Source: Iphione sp. A-MEVVRFRX5
Taxonomy: Eukaryota
DNA length: 64,000 nt
Reading direction: 5' to 3'
Assembly: GCA_976226885.1 (NCBI GenBank)
Contig: OZ320317.1
Location: forward strand, 70,866,001 to 70,930,000
The notes beneath the pieces were generated by a model. That model did no database searches and was not told the origin of the DNA. It saw nothing but the letters and a program-made list of their open reading frames with translations. A program made the position numbers and the translations under genes. Below, piece by piece: positions 12,401 to 40,685 of this stretch (position 1 is its first letter; each line of letters starts with the position of its first letter).

Positions 12401-15400
12401 GGTACTAAAGCCTCGACATTATGCGGGATTTCATACACATGGATAACCAGGTATCTTGATGTGACTAGACTATAAGAAGGCCTCACAGGTAGACACTATG
12501 ATGAACCAGAACTAAGTTTATGACAGCTTATCAAAATACACGACTTCATGAGTATGGCTAAGTATCCCGATACTGTGAAAAGGCTCCAAAGGTGGGCACG
12601 ATGTAGAAACTGCTGTCCAACCTACACATAGGTTTCAGCTAACTGCTTCTGTACAGGGAGCAAGCAGCTGATGTCATAGATGATGGTGGGACCAGTCTTG
12701 GCTTTCTTCTTCGGTGAGCGTTGAGTATCCTTGATGCGAGTATCAGAGCTCTCCTTGGGACGTGTCTTACTACGCACTCTTTGTTTCTGTACTAAGAACT
12801 TCATAAGTCAAATGAAAGAAAAATCATCTGAACATTAACATGGAATACATGTACACAGGTCTTTCTTCTACTCTCTCTCTCTCTCCTCTAGACGCAATAT
12901 GCTTTTAAAAACTGCCCCATAAAGTTAAGAAATTGTTGATACTGACTGATACTAACTACTAATGTACAGCCATATCGGAAACTACAAGTAAAACACCAAT
13001 AAATGTAATTTATATATTTCACTACACTACCTGGAGGTCATGTACCGGAGTACACCTACCAAAGTTTCATTTGACGAAGGCAAAAGTACCATTCAATTCC
13101 TCATAAATTGCAGCTTAGTTTAACAACCTGATGCAGACTATCTCACTGGGGCATTAGACAGCACGTCCGGTTAGACTGTATTTGTCAAGGACCTCCATAA
13201 CTTAACAGGTCTTTATTGCTGGAGAAGTTTGCTAGTGAGAAGCTGTCCGCGGACGAGCTATTTGCCATGCAGTTATTAGACAAGGGACTCTATTACACTC
13301 CACAGCTTACCCGGTCTTTATTATTGTAGAAATTTGACAGAGAGAAGCTGTCTGAGGGCGGGCTGTTTGCCACGCTGTAGAAGTGTGTGTTGAATACGGG
13401 CTGAGAACCTTTGGGTGTCATTGTGCTGTGCCCAAAGGTAGAGAGTGCTGTTAATGCCCTGAAAAAAACAGCAGGTATAGAAAACATACATTCATGACAT
13501 CCTTAACTTCTCATTCTAGTGACAGATCAGTTCATCTTCATCTAGTAAATGTATTAATTGAGTTCAATCACGTCAGGTGCATGAGAAAGCAATTTTTTGC
13601 GACTGCTTCCGTACACGTCATGCTACATATTTAGCCAATCACTGGTCGCCCAAAGAGAGGACTTAGCTTCAGAGCTTCACCTACCAGAAGGTCAGTGTAC
13701 ATTACACATCTATAGACTACATGTATATAAAAAGACAGTTGGTAAGAGATGTACCTGGGAGTGAGGTCCGTGTTGGACGATGTTCTTCGAGCGATGGGGA
13801 CTTCAGTTTGACGGGTAAAACATACTAGAAAACCTACAAAAATCAACAGGAGAGAGCTTCAACCTGTGTACAGAGAATGGGCCTTAGGTGCTCTGTTGAG
13901 TAGCGTGAAACTTCTCGCATTATCTGATTTTATACACGAATAAAGAGGAAGACAAATTATACATACTGCTTTAAGGGGATTTTCTGAGCAATACAACACA
14001 AGGTTGCAGTCAATGTGAGTTCGGAAGAGTTTATATGCTATGATGAGCCATGTACCGCATGCAAGCGTCTGGAAACTACAGCAGTTCATATCGTTTTGAG
14101 TGGTTGACTGAATTTGTTACTTTCTGTATGTTTATCACTCCCACGTAAGTTGATCAAAGATGGGGCTTTGTGACTGAAAAGGTTACTGTTCACACTTATG
14201 TTAAAAAGTTGCTCATATCATGGTGCCAGCAATCAGTTAAGTCCAGCCCAAACTAGTGTGGACACAGGAGACCACATAAATGAGGCTTCACTCTATATGT
14301 ATAAATGTCCACATGTAAATACGATTTTAGTTCTGTATGATACTCACCTGCACCGCAGAAACGAGCACCAGAGGTTCTTGGAAACGGGACGGAAACAGTG
14401 TTAAATGAGCCTGAGAAGATGGGTAAGAAGCTAGGTGGTTGTTGCAGATTATTACCACTCTGCAAAGACAGAATAGACACAATGACAGATACAACAGCAT
14501 ATCTGGGTCTTAAGGTCAAAACAAGCGCAACCTTTTTTTTCTCAGTGGTCAGTGTAACAGCCTGGCCATATCGATTGAATCATACTGCTAGCCGCCTTAA
14601 CAAGTAGCTGCTGGTTCACACTTAATGAAAACAGTTTACCTGAGTATCCGTCAGCGAGTCTAGACTGCTGGTCAGTTGCCGCAGGCAAGGTTCAATACAA
14701 GATCGATTATGTTTAACATGTTGCAGTGAGGCATCGCGAAGTCCCTGAGGATTGAAACGACAGAAAAATATTCAAGCAGATTCCATCTTTCAGAAATTTA
14801 TCTCACTAAAACGTAAAAAACGCCGAGTTAGACCACAGAACTGAATGAAAATTTGGACTTTGTATATATAAAAACATACTTCATTTATGAAGTATAATCA
14901 ATACAGATATATATCCCATTGTGATCACAACGGTGTGGGTCAGTCAATATACAAATTTAGTTCAGGAATAGTATGACTTCCTACTATCTATTTTAACCGA
15001 AATAAAAATATAAACATGACGCATTTAAGTTAAGATGAATCCATTTATTAAACAATTTTTTTTTTTGGGGGGGGGGGGGCACAGAACTCCAACTTCGTCC
15101 TTATTGATCCATTTATTAAACAGACTGACACTGACATATCTTGGACAATAAACGAATCAATTGAAACTTATAATCACTGCGAGTGTGCAGAAAAAAATGG
15201 CGTACCTTGGTCAGTTTCGTTTGCATGGGCGTGTCTAAGGTAGTTTTGCCTAGGGTAAAGGTTGGTGGGGTGTTGTTTGGGTACGTCTCCGGGAAGGTCA
15301 TAGTCAGCTGAACTATGTGTTTACCACTTACAGCTGTAACGGTGAACTTTCGGTTTAGTGGATCCATCTAGGAAAGAGGCAGCAACCATTGTATTAGAAT

Positions 15401-18400
15401 AGTTACACTGTATAGTGTGCAGCTGCAGTGGCTACGTGGAGGTAATGGATCGAGAGATAGAAAGAGACAGACATATAGACAGATAGACAGACAGACAAAC
15501 AGAAAGAAGGCCGCCAGAACCTCTGGCACCCAGTGAGCTGGTGACGGCAGAGCAGGCAGCACCTTGACCCTATCCCCACCCCAAAAGTGCGCCCGCCCGC
15601 CCGCTCGAGGTCAGACTTTCTGCTCTCTAACACTCAGCACTGTGGCCGTTCTGAACTCTACTGATCAAGTGATAAAGACAACTGTATTTGCTGCTTACAG
15701 CAACAAGAGAACTTTTGCTAAAGCTGGTCCATATAGGGAAAAGGCAAAACCATCTTATTAGATCAAGTAAGACACAATATTTCTGCTGCTTACAGCTGTA
15801 ACAGAGAATTTTCCATTCAATAGATCCATCCAGGGAAAAATCGCAATAAGCAACTTTAATAAACCAAACAAAACAATGTTTGCTGCTTGCAGCTGTAATG
15901 AGCTTTCGCCTAAGCAGATATATACATGTATAGGGACACAAAGAGCAGATATTCAACTGAGGTCTATGCTCCGAACAAGCATCGAAATAAAGACTACACA
16001 TTCGCGTCTACTATACTGGATGTGTTGTTTCCCTATTTCTACAGAAAAAGGCACGTCCTTAAAAATACAAGTAGCGTAGTCAATAAGCATTTCAATAAAT
16101 ATTCTACATATTCTTTGACTGCTGAGTGCACAGTCTAGTATGAGAGAGTGAACGGTTCAATAACTAACCTCATCCACAGTCACATTCGGGATCTCACAAT
16201 TGACAAGATGAAATTCTTGCTCTAACGTCTTTGGTAACTGCGGGGAATGGATCTCCTCTCTCCGCCGCAAAATTCTGGAACCAGTTGAAACATTGTTTAA
16301 AAACTGAATGTGTGTGAAAGTTCGAAAACAGGTACTATAAGATCTACAAAATAAAAAGGTAAATTGAAAGTCTGGAAATAGTTAACCACTACGTGTCATG
16401 TTAAGTTCACGTTTTTAAAACCCAACATATTCTATCAATCTTCCCTTCCAGGTACTGTTAAAAGCGCTACTTTCTACATTCGTTTCTGAACTTTTGAATG
16501 GGATAACACAGGTAATTCAAGCAAGCAGGCCAATCAGTCTGAGTAAATGAAAACACGGTTCGTTCAGAACCCCGACAAATCACAAGTAGATTGGGATACC
16601 GAGCATTTGCTACACAAAAATGTAACTATTCGCTTTCCCTCACTTTTATACTCACACACACAATCATACACACTCGCACACAGCATAATGAAAACATAAT
16701 TTTAACTTTAAAAAGCCGGGCGATGATACAAAAATAAGCCAGTGGAAAGAATGTATACAGGAGATTACCTACTCTAAAATCAAAGAAATTTATTCAATAA
16801 TTTAGATGTAGTTAGATCCAAAAAGATTATGACGGAGGGTCAGGCGAGGGGACAGTCAAACAGCTGTGATCCTAAGGTCCTCTATGAGGCAGGGGACAAG
16901 CAGACAGTTGTACTATCAATAGGAACGGACTAGAGATGAGATATTAAACTACATGCTATACGACTATGTTAATACAGTGCACGTAGCTGGGAAAAAGACT
17001 GGAGATGGAGAAAGGACCGAGAAGGGGAGGCCAGGTGATTCCCCTGATAAGGATACAACTAATCTAAAAAGGACGTGACTAACAAGTCTTGGTTCTGTTG
17101 ATGCCACCTTTGGAATGCAGCAGAAGGTTTACAATGTCACTGCCGCTGTTATGTGGATCATGGGGTTGTTGGAGACATCATAACATGCAAATCACTGTCT
17201 AAGGGGAAAATAACCAGAGTATAATTATTGTTTATATGGTTGGTTACCACTGAATAATTGACCTGCGATAAAATGAGTGACATGGATGTAACTATCCTGG
17301 GTTAAGATGTACTTATGGCTGAAGGGTTTGCTCAGTTAAACTCATCAGGCAAATTCAGATGGGTTTCAATGTATTCAACTGGTGGTGACGATGTAGGAGG
17401 GCTTCCTCCATGTCCCTTTATGATCTAGAGTAGCTCAGGTGTCATGATCGAGAGTCCTGGTATTGTCCGACCTCCAGGTGGCTCTCCCCCGTAAACAGAA
17501 ACTTTACACATCAATTTACCCACATGATCAGCATATCTTGCTTGCAACACCCACCATATCTAAGTATCCTGTATGTTACCTGTTTGGTGGAGTAGATGAC
17601 ATCATGACATCCTCAGTAGCGAGCAGCTCCTGCTGAGCATCAACTGCCACCGGGAGAGGGCCCGGCAGCTCATTCTCACCTGCTTCCTCAGATTCATCTA
17701 CATCGCCTCTGCATAGACTAAGGTCAGGGGAGCCCGACCCTGCACCAATGTTATGGCCACACAGCTGGTAGATAAGAGCAAAAACAAGGCTAAATAGCAG
17801 ATAATTTTGAATTTCTCTTCAATTTCTTCCACGAATGGAAAATGTGAATTATGGGAAGAACCTAAACCGAGAAAAAGTGTTTGTGGTAAAGGTAACAGTA
17901 TTGTTCAGACAGGATGCACTAGATGTAGATTGGTCTACATACATCGTAAATATGTTTAAGTTGGAAAACTGAAATATAACTGAAATATGAATTTCCAGCC
18001 TTTGCTTCATTTTGAAATATGGCTGTTGTACGGTCCATCATGGCTAGTACTTATGAACCTAATTATAACAGACACCAATGAGAATGAAAATGGAATTGGC
18101 TTCCCGATCATTCTTGTTCATGAAGGGTAACGACTCTACTTAAATAATGTGGCACTTCTTGCTACCCACCTGACACATACATTACATGTACTTGCTGTGC
18201 CCTAATATTTACACATGGAGAAGTGGGCATCAAAACCCAAATATATATCCTTACCTTTTGCAGCTGCGAGTCAATACGCCACAGCCTAAGACTCTGGTCA
18301 CGAGACCAGGTTACCAGGTGGTAATCAGCACAATCTGGGATAAAGAATAAATAGGGAACACTGACGAGATCATCATTAACAGTTTGCCGCGTGAGCCTTA

Positions 18401-21400
18401 CTTTAGAAGTACTGCAGAGAGTCACCTTAGGGACATGTCTCCAATAGGGACATGTCTCAACCTGGGACATCTTAGAGAAAAGCAGAGAATACTTTCTACT
18501 GTATGTGTACTACCAAGTCTCTACCTTGGGTAAGAAACAAGGATATCCTTATTATTCCAGGCATTCCACTGTAATTAAAACCCTGACTCCTGATGACGAC
18601 TCTCCCAACGAGTCCAAACTCTGATGACTGTTAATAGCACATCAACTAGAAAACCTCGTTAACCAAAGATATTTCCATGGGTCCTGATGTGAAGTCTTTC
18701 TAACTCGAAGGCTTACCAGACTCTTTTCGCCATTGGAACTCCAACACCACATCACTGTGGCCTACGAACGTGTGTACAGGCTGGTGGCGGTCGTCTATAT
18801 GCCACAGGAAGAGACTGTTCTCCCCACGACGTAGCTGAGGTACCACGACTGTCACCAGACCATTACCGAACGGCTGTGGAGAGTGAGAGGAAAGTCAGAT
18901 ACAACACACCTGTACCGTTCACTCTCTACAGACAGCTCCTTATTGAGAGGTGACCTACAGAGATGTTTGAAGAACAAACTTGAATTTGACAGAAAATCTG
19001 TGGATGAATATCGATATGTTTGATAAGGCACAAGGGTTTCTACATTCCATGCAATCTGCAGCACTTTCCTTGTTTAGTAAAACAAATATTACTGAACACG
19101 CATAAATCACAGGAATAAGTACACCGCACTGTGAGTGGCCAGAAACAAGCAGTATCTAATACTTAGTTTCTTCAAGTTGATAAGAGGGGAATAGTCCATT
19201 TCAATAATAACACACCATCTTAAATGGAAAAGAAATCTCTAATTTTACATTCTCAATGTGATACTAGGTTTATAAAATGAAGGGCCGAGTTGTTTATACT
19301 TACCGTGTAGCGAGCCCGCCAGACGGGGGAACCCGAGGGAAGCTTACTTTCTGCCTGTCGTGGATTAGTGATATCCCAAAACTGAAAATAAAATGAAATC
19401 TTTAAAATGCTGGCCGGTCCGTGTACTAAAATTCAGCTGTCTTCTTTAAGGATATCGTAACAGATCATCCTATATAACCACTAGCTGACATGAAAGGACC
19501 TACTGGATTTCATTATAAGAAGGAGGGGGGGCACGGGAAGAGCTAGGAAGATAGAGGTAAAGGGCGAAGGAAGGGCGATTGGGGAGGACTGGGAGGAAGA
19601 GAGGAAGTGGAGAGGGGTAGGCATATTTAGTGAGGAATAGAAGGTGGAGAGAAGGGATGGGGAGAGAACAAGCAACAGGGGGAAGTGGAGATGAGGACGA
19701 GGGGAAATGGAAGGAAGCGGGACGGGGATGAGAAAGATGAGTCATCATACGGTCAACTTGAACCTGGCAACTCACCTTTACTGTACAGTCCTGACTGGAA
19801 GTAGCCAAATGAGTCTCAGAAGTGCGGCACCAGTCCAGACCATGGATTTTGGACAGGTGCCCAGCTATATACACAATTGGTGAGGTACCATTCTGTCAAG
19901 GAATATCAAGTACATTGCTATGCAAGTCAGTCCTTCAAATTTCTAACGGAGAGAGAGAGACAAGCGTTTCAGACATATTTTGACTTTAATCTTTATGTAG
20001 GGACCGATACTTCTGAAGCATCTACGGAGGGAATGCAGTTAAAACCTAATTTGACCCGCTGATTTGCTATCATGGAATTTACAGATAAATGGATGTGAAA
20101 CTTTACAAATCAGATTCTACTCATGACGGTCCATGATAACTTACCCTGGGGTCCCAAATCCGTATGTCACCATCATGAGTTGTTGCGATCAGGTTGGAAT
20201 TAACTCTATTATATTTCACCTGAGAAGCACCGGCTGTCAAAAAATCCAAAGCACGGTACTACATTAAATAATTCCACATAAAATATTATAACAAAGGATA
20301 ATATACTATCAAATGAGTACCTGTAATGTAAATAAGAATACTGCCATAACTCAACAAAATTTACAGTAAACAAGGCTGACGAAGCAGTTAACGTTATCGG
20401 TTCCACAGATATATTACACAAGGTTAAATTAACCCTTAACCTGAAGTAGGACCGAAACTAAAAATCAAACTGACTATCATTCTTTCTGATAAGAAGACTG
20501 TTAGACTATACGCAAGGAAATACTCACCCACTGCCTGCAAAGACACGGTCGGTTTCCGATACTCTCTGTAAAAAAACCAATGGGGCATTATGAAACACAA
20601 AATTGATAATGCCATATGAAAAACGCCGATGGTCGCCAGCTGCTAAACCATGCTGTCCCATGTATCTTAAAAAGCGTGACTACTTGTCCTTATTTGCTTT
20701 TTGTTTTCTAGAAATAGATGCAATGTATTTCGTCTTTGAATCAAAAGCCCTTCCCCTACCCCAACCCATATACACGCATGTATATCTAAAGACAGACACA
20801 CATATCAATACTTGTCGCAGTCATTATGTGTTTTTTTTTTCTAATTTTATTCTTCTATCAGCAGGGAAACGAAATCTGGGTCACAACTGAACAATGTCAT
20901 CCAGAACAACAATTGTTTATTGTCACTTACAGAATCTCGATGTCATTGTTTATAACATCAGACGAGGCCTGACACGAGGTGGCGACAGCAGTCAGAAATA
21001 AGTACATGTATTAGTCTTCACATTTTCAAGGTAAGATCCTGCATTTACCAGATGTTGTGGCCAACTCTTACAGTTCCTTTTGCTTACCTGATGTCCCATA
21101 GATAGGTGAACGTGTCGACCGAGCAGGTGGCCAGTCGTGTCGGCTCCTCAGGCGACCAGTCAAGATCACTGTGGACAACACAATAAATATTCAACACACG
21201 TCCAGCCCGGTGGAGATTAGCTTACCAGTATCCTACCAGCCCAGGAGAGACAAGACTCCCGGTATCCTACCACCCCAGAGGAGACCAGTCTCCGAGTGTC
21301 CTACAAGTCCTCAACTTATGAATAATCTGGGCAAGTCAAATAGAGTCAATTCAGAGACAAAATGGTTATTTTTATATTTCAATTAGAGAAATTACAAGTT

Positions 21401-22740
21401 CTATGGCAGGAGGGGAGGAAAAGAAGTGAGTGTCGGCTGTAAATCTCACCTAATGACCCTAGTATGAGCCTTCAAGGATCCTTGATGTTCGCAGCTTGCT
21501 TCTCCCCAAGTGCACAGGTCAGCTCGTTGATTGCACTAAATCACATAAAAACACAGCAACGTTGATATACATGTCTGATATCGGGTCAGAGACTTTCAAA
21601 GGTGGTACTGTACTGAACGCACATAGTTATTGAGTGGTGCCAAACTCTGTTTAAATCAGTAGCACAAAGCGAGGGCTGGAAAAAATATCAAATTTAACTT
21701 TAAATCTTGAAAAAATTTGAGCCATTTGAATATTTCTGTTCTTTTTTGAAAGATGATAGTATTTCTGACATTATTATAAAATTATAGTAGGAACGACATC
21801 AAATACGATATGGAATTTCATGAAAGGATCAGGAGTCTCTGACACTTACAGCTGTTACAAAATAATTATGGTGACTTTGGTGAGGACTCCATTGGACAGC
21901 ACTTATCTCCCACTTGCTTTGCCGCCCTACTTTCTGGACGTTTTCCATTGGCTTGTCCAGTCCCACCAAAGCAAGAGCCCTCCGACTGAAAAGAAAAAGG
22001 GTGGATTCCTAGGACGTTCTTATATTTTTAGACTGCAGCATCTTACACTAGTGGAAGATGCAGCTGTGAGCTGCGATGTGGAGATCGGGCAGCCTCAACC
22101 CCTACAGCCATACCCAGTAGCAACCCCAGACGAATATAATATTGGATGTTTGAGTATCACTTATGCCTACGGTCCCAATGCGAGGACCTCCTTATATTCT
22201 GAATGGTTGCCCTATTCAATGAGTCAGATAAGGAGAAAGGACAATTTTAGTTGTAAGGGACCGTAACCCCACGTTATATGGTTTAATACTTGGTAACAGA
22301 TAGGAACGGTGAAATAACTGCATTCTGTGACCAAAGTTGAGGATCTTTAGACTAGGATACATCACTTACCCTGCAAGAAGAGCGTACTGCCCCTTACAGT
22401 CCACTGCCATGGCGTTGGCCTGCATAAAACAAGGTGACCTATCATTTGAACAGTTCATGTATTGCGTAATAACTTCCAATACAAACCAACTTTTAGAAAA
22501 GGAGGATAATATACTTGATAGAAGCTTTTCATACTTAAATGATATGCACACCTGTAATTTTTTTCCCAAAACTTACTAGTAACACTGTTGAAAATACAAA
22601 AACATGCGATGGAGCGAATCCGATTTCCAAATATTCTCGATGGCCTTATAATGTTGGTAGTTAATATACTTCACCTGTAGGTCTCTGTACTCAGCGACGA
22701 CATGCTCGCTGCTCCACCTACTGGCCGTCACGCCCGTCAT
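8134..22740 (-). CDS. WDR59: GATOR2 complex protein WDR59 (WD40 repeats, RWD domain; C-terminal zinc-finger exons not found in window)
   Basis: Exons (minus): 22740-22675, 22419-22370, 21985-21850, 21535-21450, 21168-21088, 20565-20528, 20233-20145, 19892-19776, 19381-19304, 18873-18717, 18334-18255, 17764-17580, 16274-16169, 15367-15206, 14744-14640, 14459-14348, 13833-13755, 13458-13311, 12786-12626, 11897-11816, 11640-11531, 11254-11110, and probably 8191-8134 (YSPYHTIHPSDTALKGWNF). All are GT-AG and in phase. Peptides match WDR59: RWSSEHVVAEYRDLQ, HLSKIHGLDW..LATSSQD, PQLRRGENSL, HTFVGHSDVVLEFQWRK, YHLVTWSRDQSLRLW, PFPRTSGARFCGAG, DVQTVAMLCCVF. Confidence 0.96.
9228..9512. repeat. Compound microsatellite cluster (TC/TGTCTC, TA, GA) around a dispersed repeat head
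   Basis: Read directly. The segment GCAGCGCATGCTGCATGTGGAGGTCACACTCT at about 9340 recurs at about 33590 (+) and about 63330 (-). Confidence 0.85.
12105..12600. repeat. Degenerate repeats of about 100-115 bp (3-4 copies) in a WDR59 intron
   Basis: Recurrent core ATGGAT.ACCAGGTATCTTGATGTG..TAGACTAT..AAGG.CC.A.AG.TGGACAC.AT.ATGAACCA near 12137, 12252 and 12440, with a partial copy near 12560. Confidence 0.75.
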
Positions 22741-25645
22741 CTTGAATAGTGAGATCTCGTTACCTTTCCTGATTCATTGGTGTCATCTTGAATGCATAAG
22801 ATTACAATTTTATATCAAAGCTGTCATCGATATCTAGGAGTAAAGAAACCAACAACGCTGTTGCGCTTTGTGGGTGTGTACACTAATACATGTATATGTA
22901 TACCATCTCCTGGCCTTGCCGACTGCATACCATAATTACCTGATTGCCGCCTATTCTTTCATAAACACTGATGACCTTCCTATTCCGAATGCACGGTGCA
23001 CGCCTGACAACAGTCTCACTATTATTAAAACCAGTAACTGCAAAACATCATTCCTTTCAGACACCTTTTCCTGTAAGAACGATCTTTCTTTGTCGTAAAT
23101 TTCACACAAATTTATAACAATTCAGTGAGCAAAAGAGCTCAGTTACTGTTTTCTGGCACAGCGACCATCACAGATCTGCCTGGACAGTCTGAAGTACGAA
23201 TGACTGGGCACAATGGTCATAACCACGTGTGACCTAATACATTGTACACAAAGGCAGCCTAATGCCTGATATCCAATAGATGGATCGCTGAACGTTGAAG
23301 TAACGGGTACCGCGGACGTGACTTTTACTAATTGTGATGTTAAAATGAGAATCCACTAAACGAATTGCTTTATTTCCACACATTGTCTGAAAAAATGGTA
23401 AAAATATACATATGTGTGGCTGTCACTTTGGCGATAGGTCCATTAAGGGTTTCTTCCATCCTAACCAGCATAGCCTGTCTGCCCATGCTACCAGTTATTT
23501 AGCAGTACAGTCAACTGGCACATGGCGACCACCCCTCTGTTCTGAGCTTAAGCGGTCATATTAGTGGTTTTGGTCGCAATGTGGTGAAAGCTCAGATTAC
23601 ATGGGAATAAAGTGTGTTTTACATTGTATCTTTAACCCTGATCTAGATAATTAGCTATCGCTTAAGCTGTTCTTCCATTTCCTCCTGGGATAGCATACTA
23701 CCATCTATTATTGAGAACTGAGAGACCAAAATATCTGGGGTTGTCCCCTATTCTTATTTTGAATGTGTTTCTGGTGTCTTTTTGAGCATTGGGAAATCAT
23801 ATACACCCAGTCTTTTTTGTGAGTTGTGGACCACTCTGGGTTGGCGCTACAGTAAATCTGTCTTATTTTGTCAATAGGTAGGAAGGAACTGCTAGACAGA
23901 TTTACTTTCAGCCTACTTCCGGCAGCCAATTTAAAAGAGGGAGTGTAAATATTCCTTTAACGCTTTGAGCTACTAGGACATCTGAGATATGCTCAGAGGT
24001 ATTAGGGAGGTGTGTAGAGGGCTATGAATAGTCATGCTAACACCACTGGTTGCACCGCATCATATGCTCTGAGTAATGGACAGTCGCAGTGACACATTTG
24101 GTCGCATTGTGGCATTGGATTCGTACAGATATGGCCCTAAGACATGTGGTCACAGGCTGGTATGGCCACATTACAGTCTGGTCGCATGGTGACATTATTA
24201 TGCATAGGTTAACAGAAGCCAAAAATTCCGTTTCAAGCTCCTTTGGGTGTATCTAAGGTTTTGATCGCTTTACAGTCTCATCGCATTGTGGTATCTGACT
24301 GTATATGGGTGTGGCTTGTGATACATCCCTTATCTAGTGTGCTCCATGCATAGCAAGTGCAATTTACACTCAACAGACAAGAGTGGTCAGTGAGCATTAT
24401 TTCACAGACTCATATTTTGGAAATCAATTTTAAAGATGAATTCAGGTTATGCTTCTTTATGACGCCATTTATTAGCTGATGTAATGACAGCATATGTACT
24501 CTTAGACATCAATAGTACCAGTATTTACATTACCTATTAAAACTGTTGCCCGAAAGTAGTCCGTCCCCATGAGTCTCAACTCATGGTTGCATGGCCTTAC
24601 AGAGAGTACACTAGTTTCTTATTTAAACATGCCCTTTTAAAGAAATTATGCATGGTAATGGTATTTCAGCAGATGTATGTTTGAGAATACACCATGATTG
24701 TGCCGGCAACAAGACGTGTCTGGTCATTTGCACCCCATAATCTAGTGGGACATCCTGGGATAACACCCGGGCTTGTGTGGCTATAAGTTAATACAATACT
24801 GTCCCTAATTTATCAGTTAGGCATATTAAGAGCCATCTGCAGCTCGGGTAGTTGATGTTAAGTGCAACCTTTGAATAAGTGCTAACTACAAATTTTCACA
24901 GGTTTGCCATGATTACAAGCTGGTGCATTAAACCAGGTCACTATGATACTGTCGTAGCAGTGGTCTCCAAACTAACCAGCAGAATGTAAACAGTGTTCTA
25001 GCATCATTTTGGCGGAATTCGAATCTACTCGGCCTCAGCCCTCCTCAGCCGCAGATTGTTTCAGCCTTGGCCCTTCTCAACAGTTGACTGATTTGGCTAC
25101 CCACCAAATCCTTACACAAAAATGCTTACAAATACTTAGATTCTCTACTCACTAGTGGCCAAAATAATGTTGGGTGGAGGGGGAGAGGAGGTGGAAGCGG
25201 TGTTCCTTGCAGCATGGTCAGGTGCAGACTTATCACCAGGGAACAGGCTACTACTGACCAATGAAGCCCCATAAGGGTAGCCACCCCAAGTGGCCACATA
25301 AATTACAAGTAGTGACCTGGGCTTTAAAGATACTTATTTCATGTCACATGAATAAGAAAATACACGAAATTTATATGAATTATTAATCACATGGGCTAAG
25401 ATGACAAACGCCTGTTAATAGATAAAATATAATACACACAGAGAGGTTATAGAAATAGTTTACCACAGCAGACTTGGTCAGTGGCCAATTTTGCCATGGC
25501 CGACACGGTCAGCAACTGAGGCGATCGGTTAATAGCCGAACCATGTTGAAGTAGTCTAAGAATCGATACTAACTAGGAATTGGAGACTGGAGATTGATCC
25601 ATCACTAGGAAGCTGGGACATTGCCTGACTTCACTTATTCTTGAC

Positions 25646-26332
25646 GGTATCAGGTCGACTGCGCCCGCAACACTTTGCGCGCAGACGTTTGCGCTTGTAA
25701 ATCCTCAAGCGCGACAACACCCCGGTGACTTCCTCAGGCCTAGTCCCCGTTTGTCAAGACAAGACGCCCATAAATCTTTATGAATCCATGAGAAAGTAGT
25801 CCCATCCTAATTTCATTAAAATGCCCTGATTTTGATGCAACTACTGTCATTTTGAAGATAATCATGCAAGGAATATTGTTGGACTGACTTGACCATCCAT
25901 TTTCGCATTAACACTCAACAAGGCCTCCTCTCTAGTGTTAGCGCGAACATCCCCTGCTCCCGTAGGCGATACCGGAGGTGTCATCAAGTTCCCATGGTCA
26001 TGGGCACCTAACTACCAGCACCAAAAGTTTGTAGCACCTACTGACGCATTCCCAGTAGGAGGGCCTTAGTAGTCCCACCCTAACTTCCCTGATAATTAAT
26101 GCTCCGATTTTCATGAAACAACCATCATACGAAAGCTAATTGTGCAACAACACTAGACTCTTCTATCTACCTTATTTATGTACCAATGAATGAAAATGTT
26201 AAATATAGCCTGAATTATCTGAAAGTGAAATGACTCATACTTCCCCGGCACATGCACTAGGGAGTCCGGTCACTATTGTTGGGGTGCAAGTGACTGGGCG
26301 CAAACGGTCGCGGGCGCAAGCATCATGTATTC
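25646..26332. mobile_element. MITE, MULE-like
   Basis: Imperfect TIRs with GCGCCCGC..TTTGCGC repeats at both ends. Flanks ATTCTTGAC (25637-45) and ATCTTTGAC (26333-41) form a 9-bp TSD with 2 mismatches. Confidence 0.55.
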
Positions 26333-27101
26333 ATCTTTGACTGATAGGGTCAGTAAAGCATTTCCCAGGTAAAAAAAAAACCAGGCCCTCTTGCCAGGGT
26401 AGGCCACCACGAAAGTTGGGGCGCATACGCCCAAGCACAAAGTGCCACAGGCGCAGATGTTACAGCAGAATGTATAAGGCATGGTATATTATACAGAACA
26501 AATTACTACGCACCACAGAGAAGTTAGAAATCTACCTACATAATATGGCACCAACATACAATAAACAATCGTGACAGGTCAGACTCGAGAGAGAGCTTCA
26601 CAGGATGCATAGTAGGAGACGTCAACAATGACGATACACTAAAAAACGAGGGTTCGTCTGAAGAAGGAAAACAAGCAAATCATAACGCTGGAAGCATAAT
26701 GTATTCAACTGTTATTAGTGAATAGTGGCAAAGATAAATGACAACTTACATATTTTCTCACCTCCAGTCCCCTCCTGTGGACAGTGGTGTCTCATCTGTT
26801 TATGCCCCCAAGGAAATGAGTGGTACCCTGTTTAGTAGCCAGGAGCGCTGTCAGTTATGTCAAGTAACTCGCCTTATACTAAGATACTTATGCCAAGTAT
26901 CCGCTTCAAATAGAACGTGACTGGTTCTTTACATATCGATAGTAAATATCACTGAAAGACAAATTATGCATCAAGAAAAAGAGAGAATCTAAAAATCACC
27001 ATTGTGCCTCCATGCGGCAGGTTGGGGAAGCTGGCCGTGTAATCTGAAGGCCGGCCGAAAGGCAAAGGTTGACCGGCGGGTGTCAAAAACATCTTGAAGT
27101 C

Positions 27102-40685
<13,584 letters not shown>

